Source: a virus (Duplodnaviria; Caudoviricetes). From it: DNA of 59,591 nt. Position 1 is the first letter of the stretch; every line of letters begins with the position of its first letter. Shown here one piece after another: positions 42,968 through 53,696 of this stretch. Where the stretch lies: positions 1 to 59,591 of the IMG/VR virus record IMGVR_UViG_3300049166_000062; one strand, written 5' to 3'. The notes beneath the pieces are model-generated. The model ran no database searches, was not told the DNA's origin, and worked only from the letters and a program-made list of their open reading frames with translations. Both the position numbers and the translations under genes were made by a program.

Positions 42968-45900
42968 ACGAACGCGTCGTAACAGAACTGGTGATTGATG
43001 CTTCCGGCTCGGTCTCCGGTTCCGCCGCCTATATTCAGGCGATGCGGGCGGCGCAGGCCGCGCGCGACCGGATGAGCGATACCGAGGAGAAGGCGCGCCT
43101 GGCGCAGGACCGCGCCGTCACCCAGATGACCGGCTATTCCTCGTCGATCGCGCGTGTCCGGTCTGATTTCGACCGTCTGAAGGCTAGCCAGGATCCGGTG
43201 TTCGCCGCGCATCTGCGTCACCAGCGCGAAATGGAGCGGGCAATCCTCCAGACCGCCGCGGCTGTTCGCCGGAATGTGGCCACCGAGGCTGAGGCAGCAA
43301 GCGTCATCGCCGGCATCCGTCAGCGGCAGGTGGCCGATCTCGGTCGCGTCAGGCAGGCGCAGTTGGCTGGGGTTGCCGCGAACCAGAATGTCTTCAGGGG
43401 CGCTGGCGCTGGGTCATTCAATACAGCCAACATCGCCGCACAGTTCCAGGATATCGCTGTCACGTCCGCGATGGGCATGAACCCACTGCAGATCGCGTTG
43501 CAACAGGGCACCCAACTGTCCGCTGTTCTCGGCCCAATGGGTGCGGCGGGTGCCGCCCGCTCGCTTGCCTCGGCCTTGATGTCGATCGTCAACCCGGTGT
43601 CGCTTATCACGCTTGGGCTTGTCGGTGTGTCAGCCGCGGCGATCCAATACTTCATGAAGTCGAAGGATGACGCGAAATCCCTTGACGACGTGCTCAAGGC
43701 CCACACCGACACGATTTCCCGCTTAGAGGAGGTTTGGGGCAAGGTTGCTTTGGCCGCCGACAAGTACGGGAAGCGCTCATCCAGCGCTGCCGGTTTCGGC
43801 CTCTCAACCGATATTGCGGCCATGGAAAAGCGGCTCCGTGAAATGACGAAGCCGGGAATTTTCGGCGGGTCGGAAATCGGGAACACCATCACCACCGCGA
43901 CCAGTGAATGGTTGGACGATATCGGGGGGCCGAAGGCTTTTCGTGCCACCGAATTGTTCAAGCTGCTGTCAACCGACATCGATGCCATGGTCAAATCTGC
44001 CCGCGAGGGCCCAGATATTATCATTGGACTCGTCCGTCGCCTCGAGGAGCTTGGCGCGGCAAGCGGCAACACCGGCATAAGAGGTCTTGCCGGCGAGATC
44101 GCCACAGCCTTGCGCCCGGTTGAAGAGTTCGCCCGCGCATTGGCCGAGGCGAACCGGCTCAAGAATGAGCTTTTCAACAATGTCGGCCCGAACGGGATGT
44201 TGTTGTCTCAGGGCACGACCAACCGTGCCGACATGGGCAGTCTTGGCCTGTTCGAAAGCCGGGAGGCAGTGGCAGCCCAACGGCGTCGTGAAGCCGCCGA
44301 TGCGCAGATCCAAGGCATGCTTGCACGGTCACCTCAGGAGCGTGCCGCCGCCGCCCGTGCCGCCGCGGCTGCACAGCATTCCGATGAATCGGTCTCTGCC
44401 CGGGCCGATCGCATTGAACTCGCCGGGAAACTAGCGCTCGCGGAAGCCGAGAAGGGTCTCGCGGATGCGCAACGGGAGCGCGCCCGGTCCCTCGATTCCA
44501 CCATGGCGGCCCAGCAGCTGGAAATCAGCCTGATCGGCCAGACCGTGGGCGAGGTGGCCCGGCTCCGGCTGGAGTACGACCTCACCTCGAAGCTGCGCGA
44601 GGAAGCCGCCCGGAACGGCGTCGCGGCCGATGAAAAGGAACTGGCGCTTATCCGCGAGAAAGCGGCCGAGTTTGGCCGCTATGCCGAACAGATCGCGCGC
44701 GCCAATCTCAACCGCGATCTCTCCTTCGAGCGGGACCAGATGTTCCGTACCGCAGGCGATCAGCAGATCGCGTCCCGGCTTCGTGGCGCTGGCCTGGCGA
44801 TCGACCTCAACTCGCCCGAAGCCCAGCAGATGCGCGCCATGCAGGAGTTCACGCAGCTCCGGGACGGCATCAAGGGCTTCTTCACCGACTTCAAGTCGGA
44901 GCTTGTCAAAAGCGGCGGTGATATAGGGGAGGCGCTTGGCAACTCGCTTCTCAATGCTCTCAACAAGCAGCTCGACAAAGAACTGGATCGCCTGTTCGAG
45001 CAGCTGGCTAACTCGCTGTCGAGCTGGCTTCTCGGTGGACCAGCAGGCGGCGCTGCTGGTAGCGGTGTCGCTGGCGCCGGCGGCATCCTTGGCGCTGTGC
45101 TTGGCGGTCCAGCCAACGACAACTTCTCCGCTCCTGTGGGGGCTGTCTCGCGTGGCGCGGGAGGTGCGGTCGATCTGGCGTCCAACCTTTTGGGCTTCAG
45201 TGAAAAAAGCCCCGGCCAAATAAATTCATTCCTCAAGGCGGGCGGCGTCGACATCAACGCGGCGCAAACCGCATGGTGCGCGGCCTTCGTTAATTCGTCG
45301 CTGAAGCAAATCGGCGTCGACGGCACCGGTAGTCTCACCGCCAACTCGTTCCTCAATTGGGGAACCAAGATCGATCCGACGAAGGTCCTACAGGGCGACG
45401 TGCTGGTGGAACCGAACGGGTTCGGTGTAGGTCAAACCGGCGGGCACGTTGGCTTCGCGACTGGCGCCACCCGTACAGGCGCCAGCGGCCTCCAGCTCGA
45501 GATGCTCTCCGGAAATACCGGAGGCCCAGGCCTCGGGACCGGAGGTGTCGGCCTGGACTGGGTAGACGCCGCCAAACTCGATGTTCGGCGCGCCACGCAG
45601 GATATTTCGAAACTAGGCGGGACAGCCGCGGCCGCCACGGAGGGCCTCGGTGGCTTCGCCGGTGGTCTGGGGCAACTCGGCCAGGCGCTGATGAGCGTTG
45701 GCGGTGGCGCTGGCGGTAGTGGTTGGTTCTCAGGCCTGATGGGTATGTTCGGCGGCGTCGGGGGCGCAACGAGCTGGATGAACAGCATCTCGCCGGCCGC
45801 AACTTCCTTTCTCGCCGGTGGTGGTGTGGGGTTGTTCCATCAGGGCGGCATCGCAGGCTTCCCAACGTCGATGCGCTATGGCGTGGATCCTCGGGTCTTC

Positions 45901-46218
45901 ATCGGCGCGCCCCGTTACCATAACGGCGGTATCGCCGGGGACGAGGTTCCCGCAATCCTGAAACGCGGTGAACCGGTGTTCCGGTCGATGCAGCACGCCC
46001 GAGAAACCGTTGGCGGGGGTGGAGTTGCCGAGGTCCGCGTCTTTGTCGATCAGGATGGCAACTGGCAGGCAAAAGTGGAGAGCATCTCCCAGAAAACGGC
46101 AGAGCCCGTTGCAAGGCAGGAGGCTGCCGGAGCCGTCAACAGCTACAGTTACCGCCAGCGGCAGGGTGGGGTCGCGTCTGATGATCACCGCTACAAACGT
46201 TTGAAGAGGCGGGCCTAA
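42964..46218 (+). CDS. Tape measure protein with embedded CHAP/NlpC-type peptidase domain
   Basis: AQFQDIAV...MNPLQIALQQGTQL; WCAAFVN...GHVGF...LSGN; FHQGG/YHNGG...DEVPAIL..GE. Confidence 0.9.
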   Translation: MNERVVTELVIDASGSVSGSAAYIQAMRAAQAARDRMSDTEEKARLAQDRAVTQMTGYSSSIARVRSDFDRLKASQDPVFAAHLRHQREMERAILQTAAAVRRNVATEAEAASVIAGIRQRQVADLGRVRQAQLAGVAANQNVFRGAGAGSFNTANIAAQFQDIAVTSAMGMNPLQIALQQGTQLSAVLGPMGAAGAARSLASALMSIVNPVSLITLGLVGVSAAAIQYFMKSKDDAKSLDDVLKAHTDTISRLEEVWGKVALAADKYGKRSSSAAGFGLSTDIAAMEKRLREMTKPGIFGGSEIGNTITTATSEWLDDIGGPKAFRATELFKLLSTDIDAMVKSAREGPDIIIGLVRRLEELGAASGNTGIRGLAGEIATALRPVEEFARALAEANRLKNELFNNVGPNGMLLSQGTTNRADMGSLGLFESREAVAAQRRREAADAQIQGMLARSPQERAAAARAAAAAQHSDESVSARADRIELAGKLALAEAEKGLADAQRERARSLDSTMAAQQLEISLIGQTVGEVARLRLEYDLTSKLREEAARNGVAADEKELALIREKAAEFGRYAEQIARANLNRDLSFERDQMFRTAGDQQIASRLRGAGLAIDLNSPEAQQMRAMQEFTQLRDGIKGFFTDFKSELVKSGGDIGEALGNSLLNALNKQLDKELDRLFEQLANSLSSWLLGGPAGGAAGSGVAGAGGILGAVLGGPANDNFSAPVGAVSRGAGGAVDLASNLLGFSEKSPGQINSFLKAGGVDINAAQTAWCAAFVNSSLKQIGVDGTGSLTANSFLNWGTKIDPTKVLQGDVLVEPNGFGVGQTGGHVGFATGATRTGASGLQLEMLSGNTGGPGLGTGGVGLDWVDAAKLDVRRATQDISKLGGTAAAATEGLGGFAGGLGQLGQALMSVGGGAGGSGWFSGLMGMFGGVGGATSWMNSISPAATSFLAGGGVGLFHQGGIAGFPTSMRYGVDPRVFIGAPRYHNGGIAGDEVPAILKRGEPVFRSMQHARETVGGGGVAEVRVFVDQDGNWQAKVESISQKTAEPVARQEAAGAVNSYSYRQRQGGVASDDHRYKRLKRRA

Positions 46219-46955
46219 TGGCGGTCTATACCAACCTGCCGACGATCGACGTCGACTTTCTGAAGCCGCGGCAGTTTTCCTTCGACACTCCGGGCGGCGG
46301 CCTGGAAGGCGGCCGCAACGGCCTCGGGCAAAGCATCACGATCGGGCTAAGCGGGGGTCCGGTCGTTACGGCCTCCTACGGCGAATGCTTCGTGAACTAC
46401 CGGGAGGAGCATGAATATGTGAACTGGATCGCGGCCCGGCTCAACGGGTCGCACCGGTTCGTCAACGTTCCGTTTCTTACCGACTGGACAGGCCCCTTCG
46501 GGGTCGACGCGCAGAACGTTCCGACCCCGATCATCTCCGGCATTCCTCACTCCGATGGAACGCTGTTTTCCGATGGCTCCGGGTATAGCCAGCCCACCGT
46601 ATGGGGCGAGATCACGGAAGCAGCGGGTCTGAACGCAGGGGTCGTCAAACTGCAGCTGTTTGGCGCGGCTCGTTTAATCCGGCATTCGGAATGGTTCTCG
46701 ATCTACAACGAGACGAAGGGATGGCGGGCGCATCGGGTCTGGGAAATCCGGGATGTTAATGACCCCAACGCCGAGAGCCCGATCTACACGCTGGCTGTGG
46801 AACCGCCGCTGCGCCAAGCGGCAATCGCCGGGCAGCGGTTGGAATTTGCGCGACCGCGGTGCGCCATGAAATTCCCGGCCGGGTTCACCGTCCCCTACCA
46901 GGCCGAGGGTTTCATGCAGTCGCAACCCAGCTTTGAATTCACCGAGGCTTTCTGA
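46218..46955 (+). CDS. Distal tail-like protein
   Basis: TAATG-coupled after the tape measure gene; PHSDG.LFSDGSGY.Q, EPPLR, F.EAF. Confidence 0.7.
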   Translation: MAVYTNLPTIDVDFLKPRQFSFDTPGGGLEGGRNGLGQSITIGLSGGPVVTASYGECFVNYREEHEYVNWIAARLNGSHRFVNVPFLTDWTGPFGVDAQNVPTPIISGIPHSDGTLFSDGSGYSQPTVWGEITEAAGLNAGVVKLQLFGAARLIRHSEWFSIYNETKGWRAHRVWEIRDVNDPNAESPIYTLAVEPPLRQAAIAGQRLEFARPRCAMKFPAGFTVPYQAEGFMQSQPSFEFTEAF

Positions 46956-47557
46956 TGGCGCGCGTGCCCGACAACGTCATCGAGGCGCTGCGCGGCAGCC
47001 ACGAGCTCGGCATCTTCCTAAGGCTCGACACCGATGATCCGATGCGTGTCTGGCTTGGGATCAACGATATTCCGGCCGGCATCGACAGCATCGATCCCTC
47101 GACATCCGAACGGTACGTCGGCGGCGGTGTCCTGCGGGAAGTGCCGAGCCTTGAAGCCGTCATCAACGGCATCGCGGACCGGGCCGATTTTCAGATCAGC
47201 GGCATCGATCCGGCAACTGCGGCGAAGGTCGATTTTGACGCCCTCGATGTCAGAGGCCGTGACTTCCATGTCGGTGTGACCACGCTTGACGAAGACCATC
47301 AGCCGATGAGCTCCATTATTTCGCTGATCACCGGCCGGGCATCGTATCTGACTGAGGCCTCGCCACCGGTCACCGGGATCGACAACCCGTCGGTCACCAT
47401 GGGGCTATCGGTCGGGTTCGGCATCACGACGCGGGATCGGCAATCACAGGTGTTGTGGTCGCCTGTCCATCACAAGGCAGAGCATCCCGGCGATCTGTTG
47501 TGCGATGGCGTCTCGCGTCTTGAACGTGGCGTCGCCCCGGTCTGGCCAAGGTTCTGA
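46955..47557 (+). CDS. Minor tail / baseplate hub protein
   Basis: TGATG-coupled; synteny. Confidence 0.7.
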   Translation: MARVPDNVIEALRGSHELGIFLRLDTDDPMRVWLGINDIPAGIDSIDPSTSERYVGGGVLREVPSLEAVINGIADRADFQISGIDPATAAKVDFDALDVRGRDFHVGVTTLDEDHQPMSSIISLITGRASYLTEASPPVTGIDNPSVTMGLSVGFGITTRDRQSQVLWSPVHHKAEHPGDLLCDGVSRLERGVAPVWPRF

Positions 47558-47565
47558 CGGTATCC

Positions 47566-50241
47566 ATGAACGTCCAAGATTATCTGCAGGCCGCCAGCCG
47601 GCAACGCTGGCGCTGGGGCGGTGGTGAATCTGGCTTCGAGGGCGACGATTGTACGCTGTTCGTCGCGAACTGGGCGTTCGAGCTCACCGGCCGTGATCCT
47701 GGCGTCGGTATCCGGGGCTCATACTCGACCGAGGACGAGGCAGTAAGGATCGTTGCTAGGGCAGGCGGGTTCGCGTGCTTCATCGACCAGCAGCTCCGCC
47801 CCACGGGCTGGATAAGGATCGCAGCGGAACCACGTGATGGCGACATCGGTGTAGTTCTTGCCCCGACCCTCCCGGATGGGGTCCTGAAGGCGGCACCGGT
47901 CATCAGGGCCGGCGGGCTGTGGGTTGGCCGTTCGGTACGCGGCCAGGTTGCCCGGGATTTCAAGACGGTCGAGGTCTGGCGGTTCGGCGATGTTGCTGTC
48001 CGCGACCTGGGCCCACCACCTCAGGTCAGCTACAGGGGGACCATCAGGAGCCGTTCGCAGGAGTTCGCCGGCGGCACCATGATGATGCAGCCCGCGCAGC
48101 AGCAGCAGACCGGCATCATCGAAAGCTTCTTCCTTTTCGCCATCACGGCGGCGCTGCCGGGTCTATCGAACGCCGCCATCGGCTTCCTGACCACCGGCTT
48201 AACCGCTCTTGCAACCACGGCGGTCTCCGTTGGGCTCAATGCGCTGCTGGCGCCATCGATGCCGAAGCCGCCGAAGCCTGCGGACGGCAAGTCTCCGAAG
48301 GTGCAGGCCGTGCCCCCCGTTCACTTCGGGGTGGGGACGAACCGCATCGCCGGGGCCTACATGCTCTGGGAGTCCAAGGCCGACCGTCTCTACGCGGTGA
48401 CCGCGCTCTGCGGCCACAAGATCAGCGCGATCAACGCGATCTATCTGCACGACGACACCGTTACGATCGCTGGAAACAATTTTGTATCGGCCGCAAGCAC
48501 CAATGATGGTCGATACCGTCCTGACCGGATATGGATCGATACTCGTCTCGGGCTGGCCACTGAGACCGCATATGACGTGATCGTCGATGCCTTGGAGCCG
48601 GAAGGTGTCTGGACCGACGACCATCGCGGCGACGGCACCGCGTCGCTGGGGATGATGTGCGTTGCGCCTGGCGCCGAGGATTATCAGAAGAGATTCCCGC
48701 ATGGCTCACCGCAGCCCTCGGTGGCCGCCGATCTCGCGCTGGTCTGGGACTTTAGAGACCCGGCGCAGGATCCAGAGGACGAGTCGACCTGGGAGTTTTC
48801 CCGCAACCCGGCGCTCTGCATGGTCTGGTGGCTCTGCTTCTGCCCCTATGGACCGAAGTGGGATTATACGAAGGCCATTGTCCCCGTTCAGGAACGCTGG
48901 GAGGAAGAAGCCGACATCTGCGATGAGGAGGTGCCCCGCGCCGCCGGCGGTACCGAACCGCGCTACGATGTCAACGGCTGGGCGACAACCGAAACCGACC
49001 CTATCGGCATCCTGAACTCGTTCCTCGCCGCCTGTGACGGCCACCTCGCCCAGCATGGCGACGGCACCCTTGTTCTCACCGTCGGCAAGTTCCGCGAGGA
49101 ACTGGTCGAGACCATCACGGATGCCGATATCGTCGGCCACTTCGTCCAGTACGATGTGCCCGAGGAGGATGAGGTCAACCGCCTGGTGCCGCGGTTCACC
49201 TATCCGGCAACGGACTATTCGACGGCGGTTGCCGATTACATCGAGAGCCCGGCCGACCAGGCCAAGGTAGGCAGGGTGCTCTCCGCCGAGGCTGATCTTG
49301 GCTGGGTCCACAACTGGCGACAGGCCAAGAGGCTGACCCTTCGCGAATGGAAGCGGCTCCAGCAGAAAAAGAGCGGCAACTTCGATCTCCGGCTATCGGC
49401 CGTCAACGCCATCCATGCCCGGTGGGTGCGTGTTGAGTCAACGTATCGGATCCCGTCGCTGAACGATGTGATCATCGAGAACCGCCGTTCCATTCTTGCC
49501 CTGATGCAGGGCGGCTTCCAGATGGAGTGGAAGAAGCATCCCGCGGACATCGACAACTGGACCCCGGCAACCGACGAGGGAGCGGCGCCACCGATCCCCG
49601 CGAAGCCGACGCAAAGCGAGCTAACGACCCCTACGATCGACACCGTGACGGCTGTCGGCAACGGCAGTTCGGTCTACATCCGCGTGGTCATCCTGGAGCC
49701 GCCGGAGGGGTCGGTCACTCCACTCGTCCGTTATCGGGTCAAGGATATCGGCGGCGGAGTTGCCGGTACCTGGATCGAGCAGGATTTCCCCGATGTCGAA
49801 GCATCGGCCGGGCTCATCACCATGAACACCAATCCCGTTCCGGCCGACGAACTGCTCGAGGTGCAGGCCGCGGTGAGGGCATCAGGCGGTACCGTATCGA
49901 ACTGGTCGACGCCGATCGTCGAGATCCTGGCAACCGTGGATGCGACGCCGCCGCTGGCGCTGCTATCGTTCTCGGCGTCGGATGGGGCAGGCCAGTTCGT
50001 CGCCAATTTTGGAACTGCCAACGATAGCCATCTGGCGAGCGTCGCTATCTATCGCGTGGCCTCCGGCGGCGTCCTGAACCGCACAACTGATTTGATGACG
50101 ACCCCTGCCGTTTCGCCAGGGGTCTCCTACGCGATCCCGGTAGTTTCGACGGTCGGGACTTTTGACATCTACGCCGAGCCGCTGAACCGGTCCGGGATAC
50201 CAGGACCGCTGTCAGGGCCGGACGCTGCGACCGTCAGCTAG
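47566..50241 (+). CDS. NlpC/P60-like domain fused to tail tip attachment (J-like) protein
   Basis: N-terminal W.WG...DC.LF.A.W....TG.DP..GIRG.Y; then J-like G..RIAG, DPAQDP....TW.FS.NPAL. Confidence 0.75.
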   Translation: MNVQDYLQAASRQRWRWGGGESGFEGDDCTLFVANWAFELTGRDPGVGIRGSYSTEDEAVRIVARAGGFACFIDQQLRPTGWIRIAAEPRDGDIGVVLAPTLPDGVLKAAPVIRAGGLWVGRSVRGQVARDFKTVEVWRFGDVAVRDLGPPPQVSYRGTIRSRSQEFAGGTMMMQPAQQQQTGIIESFFLFAITAALPGLSNAAIGFLTTGLTALATTAVSVGLNALLAPSMPKPPKPADGKSPKVQAVPPVHFGVGTNRIAGAYMLWESKADRLYAVTALCGHKISAINAIYLHDDTVTIAGNNFVSAASTNDGRYRPDRIWIDTRLGLATETAYDVIVDALEPEGVWTDDHRGDGTASLGMMCVAPGAEDYQKRFPHGSPQPSVAADLALVWDFRDPAQDPEDESTWEFSRNPALCMVWWLCFCPYGPKWDYTKAIVPVQERWEEEADICDEEVPRAAGGTEPRYDVNGWATTETDPIGILNSFLAACDGHLAQHGDGTLVLTVGKFREELVETITDADIVGHFVQYDVPEEDEVNRLVPRFTYPATDYSTAVADYIESPADQAKVGRVLSAEADLGWVHNWRQAKRLTLREWKRLQQKKSGNFDLRLSAVNAIHARWVRVESTYRIPSLNDVIIENRRSILALMQGGFQMEWKKHPADIDNWTPATDEGAAPPIPAKPTQSELTTPTIDTVTAVGNGSSVYIRVVILEPPEGSVTPLVRYRVKDIGGGVAGTWIEQDFPDVEASAGLITMNTNPVPADELLEVQAAVRASGGTVSNWSTPIVEILATVDATPPLALLSFSASDGAGQFVANFGTANDSHLASVAIYRVASGGVLNRTTDLMTTPAVSPGVSYAIPVVSTVGTFDIYAEPLNRSGIPGPLSGPDAATVS

Positions 50242-50312
50242 CCCGCCAAGACATTCCTTCGAATTCACAAGCTCCCTGCTGATCCGGCGGGGTGTTGCAT
50301 CGGAGCATCCGT

Positions 50313-52349
50313 ATGGTCGAACTTGCCAACACGATCTGGGCCGATGGTCCCGCTGGGGCGCCGCTAAACCCGGCGAAGTACCAGATGAGGGCGTGGGGGA
50401 CCTATGTCGAGGGCGCGATCACCGCTTTCACCTCCAATGGCGGGCTGATCTATGACACGAAGACCAGCCTCGACGCTGACCTGGCGCATGGAGCGAATTC
50501 GTCGGCATGGGTGATCGGCGATGCGGCAGTCGCCAATAACGGCATCTACCGGAAGTTGCTCGGGAGCGGTTTGGGCTCCTGGGAGCGCGTTGCTGATCTG
50601 CCGTACAGTTTCATCAAGGCGACCGATTCCGGTTCTGGATCCGCAGACGTCATCGTTGCAACCACGTCTATCCCTGTTCCGGCCGCCGACGGGGCCGCGC
50701 TTATCGCATTGAATATATTTGAAACGAATACCGCCAGCCCGGTAACCGTCTCATTTAATGCCGGGTCGGCTCTAACGGTAAAAACCAATTCGGGAAACAA
50801 CGTTGCGGTGGGCGGCCTCGTCGCCGGCGCGATTGTGCTCGGCTATGTGTCAGGCTCGACGTTTCGCCTTGTGTCCGACCAAGCTAGCGCCGCTATCGTT
50901 GCCGATGCGGAAGCAGTGCTGGAGGAAATTCGCGACCGCTACCTCGGAACGTTTGCGGATGATGCCGCCGCCACCGCCGGAGCCGTCACTCCTATAGAGG
51001 GGCAGCTTTATTTCAGAACGTCGGACGACATGCTCCGCGTCTACCGTGGTGGCGTTTGGGTGAGTGCCGAGGGAGAGCAGGGCATTCAAGGCGACCAGGG
51101 CATCCAAGGCATTCAGGGCGAGCGCGACACGCGCAATTTTTGCTGGGCTGGAAGCTTCGACCATGCTCGGCGCGGCCCGTCGATCGCCGGAACTGCTGGA
51201 CGTGTCGGCACGCTAGACGGCTGGACTATCGGCCGCTCTGGTGGCGTAACCGGCGTCACGGTAAGCCAGCAACAGGGCTCGCGCGGAACCAACCTTTGTA
51301 TGCAGGTGCAGAGGACCGCAGCAGACGCAAACACTGGCTCTATCGGCGCTGTGTTCAACCTGGGGCTTGACGACACTCGGCCACTGGCAGGCAAAGCCGC
51401 GATCAAGACGTACCGTGCCCGGTGCATGGTCCGCTCGGCAACCGTGGCAATCTCGCAAGCATCCCCCGGTGTCGTCACTTGGGCGTCTCATGGCCTCACG
51501 GTTGACAAGCCGCTACACTTCACCACAACGGGGGCGTTGCCTACCGGGCTGCTCCCAAGCACGAACTACTACGTCAAGACGGTGCTCGACGCGAACACCT
51601 TCACCGTCTCGGCGACCATCGGCGGCGCTGCGATTAACACCACGTCAGCGGGCTCTGGGGTCCACACTATCAACGCCTCGGACTATTCGGGCGCGGCGGG
51701 CGCGCTCAACGTCGCGGTCAAGGCGTCAAGTTCACTGATCGAGCAGGCGATCAACCTGACGAATGGGAACTATTCGGTAAGCGATAGCACGGCCACAAGC
51801 GCGGTGATCACGATCAACAGCCTGTGGCAAACGTTCACGATGCCGACGTGGGCCTACGCGGCCGACGTTGCGCAGACGGCGTTGCGTTTCCAGCAAGTTC
51901 CGACCGGCGTTGCCGGGGCCGCCGACGGCTTTCAGATTGAGGAAGTTCAGCTTCAGCTTGGCACGGTGGCGACAACGTTCGTTCCTGTCGACCCGGCCTA
52001 TTCACTGATGAAGGCGGAACAGCAATACCGCAAAAGCTACGGCCCGGACACTACGCCAGGATCAGTAACCTACAACGGCCGGCTTGCTTCGGTTGCTGTC
52101 GGAACAGCTATTGGCAAGGGTGCGCTGATGAATGCTGACTTCGGCGGCAACTCGATGCGAGCAATCCCGACAGTTGTTCTCTACAGCCCGCAAACCGGAG
52201 CGGCTGGGAAAATGGCGCAGGGGTCAACGGCTGACATCGATGCGACGGCTGTTCACCTGGGGCGAGGCGGCTTCGGCATCTGGAATAACGCGCTCGCGGT
52301 GGCTGGCGAGGTCTATTACGTCCACTACACGGCGGAAGCACGGCTATGA
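50313..52349 (+). CDS. Tail fibre / receptor-binding protein
   Basis: Conserved N-terminal anchor; collagen-like GEQGIQGDQGIQGIQGE; carbohydrate-binding-like domain ending VQLQLG.VAT.F...QQYRKSY; C-terminal MRAIPTV...HYTAEARL. Confidence 0.8.
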   Translation: MVELANTIWADGPAGAPLNPAKYQMRAWGTYVEGAITAFTSNGGLIYDTKTSLDADLAHGANSSAWVIGDAAVANNGIYRKLLGSGLGSWERVADLPYSFIKATDSGSGSADVIVATTSIPVPAADGAALIALNIFETNTASPVTVSFNAGSALTVKTNSGNNVAVGGLVAGAIVLGYVSGSTFRLVSDQASAAIVADAEAVLEEIRDRYLGTFADDAAATAGAVTPIEGQLYFRTSDDMLRVYRGGVWVSAEGEQGIQGDQGIQGIQGERDTRNFCWAGSFDHARRGPSIAGTAGRVGTLDGWTIGRSGGVTGVTVSQQQGSRGTNLCMQVQRTAADANTGSIGAVFNLGLDDTRPLAGKAAIKTYRARCMVRSATVAISQASPGVVTWASHGLTVDKPLHFTTTGALPTGLLPSTNYYVKTVLDANTFTVSATIGGAAINTTSAGSGVHTINASDYSGAAGALNVAVKASSSLIEQAINLTNGNYSVSDSTATSAVITINSLWQTFTMPTWAYAADVAQTALRFQQVPTGVAGAADGFQIEEVQLQLGTVATTFVPVDPAYSLMKAEQQYRKSYGPDTTPGSVTYNGRLASVAVGTAIGKGALMNADFGGNSMRAIPTVVLYSPQTGAAGKMAQGSTADIDATAVHLGRGGFGIWNNALAVAGEVYYVHYTAEARL

Positions 52350-53464
52350 GCCTGGCAGTCACCTTTGCCGACGTCGATCGGCTTGGCGTCACGATCGAAG
52401 GCGTTCCCTCCATCGTGCCGCGTGCGATGATGAACGCGGATTATCAGCGCCTGTTCGACATTGGGCTAAAGAAAATCGAGCTAGACCGCTTCGTCTACAA
52501 TGCGTTCCCCGGTTGGATGTTGCAGCGGGGCGCGTCACTGGCGTTCATCTTTTCCAGCGGGGCCGGTCACGCAAAGTCCCATCGCCAGATAGGCATTCGC
52601 ACCGATGACAATTTCCAGACGTTTTCGCGCGTGGTATTCTTCGAGAACGCGACGGGAGTGTACGACAACTCGTTTCTGGATGGGATGCTCGAAACGGGCG
52701 AGGTCTACCCGGCCAAGAACATCTGGAAAGTGCGGAAAACTGCTGGCGGCTACGAGAACAAAGTCCAGTCAACGATAGCCGTTACCGGCCAGGGCTCGGA
52801 CAACGGAACCTACGCGTTCTGGGCCGCGGAGCCTATCACATGGAACGGCAAGCTCTATTGCACAGGCTACCGGGTCAGCCCGACGCCTTACGTGTCGGCA
52901 CTGTTTGAAAGCAGCAACGGCGGCTGGGACTGGACCTTCACAACAATCATAGCTTCCGATCCTTCTTTGTGGCTGGGCGAGACGGCAATTGTTGAGTATG
53001 GCAACGGCAATTTCATTGCGGTTATCCGCGAGGAAATCGGCTCTGGCCGTCCACTCTACCTCGCGCGAAGCGTTGGCAACATCACATCCTGGACCGCGCC
53101 AACTCTGATCAGTGAAATCCAAGGCGTGCAGCCGGCGCTAACCCGGCTCGCTGATGGCGATATTCTTCTAACGGTCGGGCACCGCACTGGCTCGTCGGGA
53201 TTGTTCAACAGCGGAAAAATGCGCGACCAAGTGAACATCACCGGGATTGTGACGGTTCGATCCGCGAACAACGGTGTCACATGGCCGAACCGCGTGAACC
53301 TTGCCCCTATGTGGTCGACGGATGGCGGCCAGCCGATGCCCAAGGTTTTAAGCGACGGGCGGGTGGGCTTTCCCTGCTATCTCGCACCGGGGGCGACGAA
53401 CGGAGACATTGGCGTAGAGCCCGGAATTTACTTCGGCACATGCAACGGCGACACGATCACATGA
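52346..53464 (+). CDS. BNR/Asp-box beta-propeller (sialidase-like) protein
   Basis: Asp-box-like TDDNFQTF, SSNGGWDW, SANNGVTW; ATGA-coupled to the fibre gene. Confidence 0.7.
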   Translation: MSLAVTFADVDRLGVTIEGVPSIVPRAMMNADYQRLFDIGLKKIELDRFVYNAFPGWMLQRGASLAFIFSSGAGHAKSHRQIGIRTDDNFQTFSRVVFFENATGVYDNSFLDGMLETGEVYPAKNIWKVRKTAGGYENKVQSTIAVTGQGSDNGTYAFWAAEPITWNGKLYCTGYRVSPTPYVSALFESSNGGWDWTFTTIIASDPSLWLGETAIVEYGNGNFIAVIREEIGSGRPLYLARSVGNITSWTAPTLISEIQGVQPALTRLADGDILLTVGHRTGSSGLFNSGKMRDQVNITGIVTVRSANNGVTWPNRVNLAPMWSTDGGQPMPKVLSDGRVGFPCYLAPGATNGDIGVEPGIYFGTCNGDTIT

Positions 53465-53465
53465 T

Positions 53466-53675
53466 CTATTCGTCGACGGGGAAAATGTCACTCTCGCCCA
53501 AGCCGGCGGATTTGGTGCGGATCACATGCACGTCGGCGATCTCAACGGATCGCATCGCTCGGTAAATCCTCGCGATGGTTTCTTCTCGAGACTCACCCCG
53601 TTGTTCGCGGGAACTGTACTCCAAGATCCCTGCCTCAAGCATCTCGGGAGTGATCTCAATTCTCGCCTCGGTCAT
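53466..53675 (-). CDS. Small hypothetical protein (ITPEMLEAG motif)
   Basis: AGGAG SD; last gene of the antisense island. Confidence 0.65.
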   Translation of the reverse strand: MTEARIEITPEMLEAGILEYSSREQRGESREETIARIYRAMRSVEIADVHVIRTKSAGLGESDIFPVDE

Positions 53676-53696
53676 AGGGAACCGCTCCTAATGGCG

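Noticed and set aside
50313-53464. Diversity-generating retroelement or invertible tail-fibre switch
   Set aside because: No reverse transcriptase, no invertase and no TR/VR-like repeat pair was seen by eye.
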